From Candidatus Wolfebacteria bacterium (GTDB taxonomy: Bacteria > Patescibacteriota > Minisyncoccia > UBA6257 > UBA9933): a stretch of DNA of 36,343 nt. Under the pieces are notes generated by a model, which ran no database searches, was not told where the DNA came from, and worked only from the letters and a program-made list of their open reading frames with translations. Position numbers and translations under genes: made by a program. The stretch lies in contig JAFGBB010000032.1 in assembly GCA_016933365.1 (NCBI GenBank), positions 1-36,343 on the forward strand, given 5' to 3'. This document shows positions 34,738-36,343 of the stretch, piece by piece (the first letter of the stretch is position 1; each line of letters begins with the position of its first letter).

Positions 34738-36222
34738 ATGACCACAGACGATAAAGTATATTTTTCAGACATATTCGGCGTTAAACATACAGTGATTGAA
34801 AAGTATGGTGCTTTGGATATTTCTCTCGTTTGTGATAATCCCGCTTTTGTTGACCCATTTCTTATTTTTGCAAACTCAAAGTATAAAAATTTACATGACT
34901 TTATTATTGATTATCTTAAATTTTTAAAAGATTTATCGTTCAAAGAAGAAAAATTAAGTTCCGGAAACTTTAAACACTATTATAAATTCCCCGAAGTAAA
35001 ACAAGCGTGGTTAGGGTATTCAGTTGGTGGTAATGTGGGTTTAGGATTAGGAAAAGATTTTGCTGAATCACTTTACAAAAATTTACATAAAATATTTTCG
35101 CAGTTTGGTAACGAGAAAATTACTGAGTCTTCTCATCTTGAAAAATTATGCTTAGTTGAAGAAGGTGTAGGAGTAGACAAGATAAGCGATTTCACAATAA
35201 ATTTAGTTAAAAGATACTTACTAGATTACACACAAACATTTGCAAAAAAATATATTAACCAAAAATATCTAGCAAAATTTTCCATACGAAAAGTAAATTT
35301 TGATTTTAAAAAAGGTATTTGGACCGATGAACAATTTATATTGCCAAAGCTCGAAAGAAAAAACAAAAAGGAGTTTGTGCTATTGATACCGCAAGAGATA
35401 TTAACAAAAGAAGATACATGGATTTCAAAAAATGACTTCTTGAACAATGACACGGCTATTTTTAATACAATCGCAAATGATGAATTAAGAACAAAAATCA
35501 ATAAATTCTTTTTTGACAATTTAGCCGTAAAGCTAAATAAGAAAAAACAGTCGGAAAAAGATTATTCCAAAAAAAGCAAAAAAAATGCCTTAGTCAAAAC
35601 AGTCTGGGAATTTCCAGAGGTTCTGGATTATTACATAAAATATAAAGAGCTAAACAAAGATAATGCTCTAAAATATCACATTGCTGAACCGGAGTTTATA
35701 AATTTCTTTTCTGATGCTAGTGCTTTAAAAAATGAACTTAAAAAAGAGAAGTTTGATAAATTAACTTCTTTTGATGACTGCATTTCCAGAATTTTATTTT
35801 TTAAACAAAAACTTGAATCAAATAGTAATGATTTATATTTCAAAGACAAATCACTACAAGAAAAACATCTACGCTTGATGTTTAAAAATGTAACTTACGG
35901 AGCCTTATTTGACTATAATTCAGAAGTTAATAACGGGAGGGGACCAATTGATTTTCTTGTGTCTTATGGAAGCCAAGATAAAATTGGCTTAGAGTTAAAA
36001 CTAGCCTCTAACCCTAAACTAAAACACAATCTATTAAACCAAGGGGAAATTTGTCAAGAAGATAGTAATTTAAAGCATGTAATCAAAATAATATTCTATT
36101 TCTCAGATCAAGAATTGAGTAGGATAAATGATATTTTGAGAGAAATAAACAAATCGATTGACAATAAAGAAATTTTTGCCATTGATTGCCGAAAAAAAGT
36201 ATCCGCTTCTAATCAAAAATAA
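34738..36222 (+). CDS. Uncharacterised protein with C-terminal PD-(D/E)XK-like nuclease motif
   Basis: N-terminal DISLVCDNPAFVDPFLIF; C-terminal EVNNGRGPIDF...GLELKLASN; 494 aa. Confidence 0.65.
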   Translation: MTTDDKVYFSDIFGVKHTVIEKYGALDISLVCDNPAFVDPFLIFANSKYKNLHDFIIDYLKFLKDLSFKEEKLSSGNFKHYYKFPEVKQAWLGYSVGGNVGLGLGKDFAESLYKNLHKIFSQFGNEKITESSHLEKLCLVEEGVGVDKISDFTINLVKRYLLDYTQTFAKKYINQKYLAKFSIRKVNFDFKKGIWTDEQFILPKLERKNKKEFVLLIPQEILTKEDTWISKNDFLNNDTAIFNTIANDELRTKINKFFFDNLAVKLNKKKQSEKDYSKKSKKNALVKTVWEFPEVLDYYIKYKELNKDNALKYHIAEPEFINFFSDASALKNELKKEKFDKLTSFDDCISRILFFKQKLESNSNDLYFKDKSLQEKHLRLMFKNVTYGALFDYNSEVNNGRGPIDFLVSYGSQDKIGLELKLASNPKLKHNLLNQGEICQEDSNLKHVIKIIFYFSDQELSRINDILREINKSIDNKEIFAIDCRKKVSASNQK

Positions 36223-36224
36223 TT

Positions 36225-36343
36225 ATGCAATATTCAGTTGTAAAATTTAATGAGGTAAAAGATGTATTCAGATTTGACGCTGAATATTTTCACCCTACCG
36301 CTTTAAAATATGAAAACATCATCAGCTTACATAATGGAAAAAC
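36225..36343 (+). CDS. Restriction-modification specificity subunit (HsdS-like), 5' partial
   Basis: MQYSVVKFNEVKDVFRFDAEYFHP...; R-x-DAEY is typical of S subunits paired with fused RM proteins. Runs off the window. Confidence 0.72.
   Translation, partial: MQYSVVKFNEVKDVFRFDAEYFHPTALKYENIISLHNGK

Noticed and set aside
29630..35519. Antisense and alternative-frame ORFs over radC2, NYN1, the TA genes, the RM gene and the 494-aa gene
   Set aside because: Shadows of well-supported + strand genes, with no independent evidence.
29703..36343. Integron or prophage interpretation
   Set aside because: No integrase, attC-like sites, or phage structural or replication genes visible.
1..36343. Alternative genetic code (TGA = Gly, as in some CPR lineages)
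   Set aside because: Full-length genes read through in code 11, and mod, sufC and NYN1 end at TGA at the expected positions.

Overview
AT-rich bacterial DNA, almost all coded on the + strand, standard genetic code. Most genes lack Shine-Dalgarno sites and the gene set (archaeal-type ProRS, exported serpin, Gmad2/GerMN protein, many small membrane-anchored proteins) suggests Patescibacteria/CPR (inference). There are three zones. (1) 1-8.9 kb is a defence island: radC, Type III restriction-modification mod and res, and an Avs4-like nuclease-STAND protein, followed by gene fragments around an intact CYTH gene. (2) 10.4-29.6 kb is core/accessory DNA. It includes a CstR-like-repressed redox/Fe-S operon (trxA, orphan ABC ATPase, HypB-like GTPase with an Fe-S domain, ferredoxin:thioredoxin reductase, ferredoxin, minimal SufCB/SmsCB), a DUF5320-ferredoxin-CDF-DUF134 operon, cell-wall peptidases including an apparently dead M14 paralogue, rlmN and proS. 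(3) 29.7-36.3 kb is a second radC-headed defence locus: NYN, Phd/RelE toxin-antitoxin, fused HsdR_N-N6-MTase, NYN, a PD-(D/E)XK-like protein and the start of hsdS. Two signals stand out in zone 3. Both divergent NYN RNase genes carry a convergent antisense promoter driving a two-hairpin sRNA across their stop codons (candidate RNA-antitoxin system). Two cargo cassettes are also flanked by direct repeats copied from the R-M locus. All assignments come from motif reading only; no searches were run.
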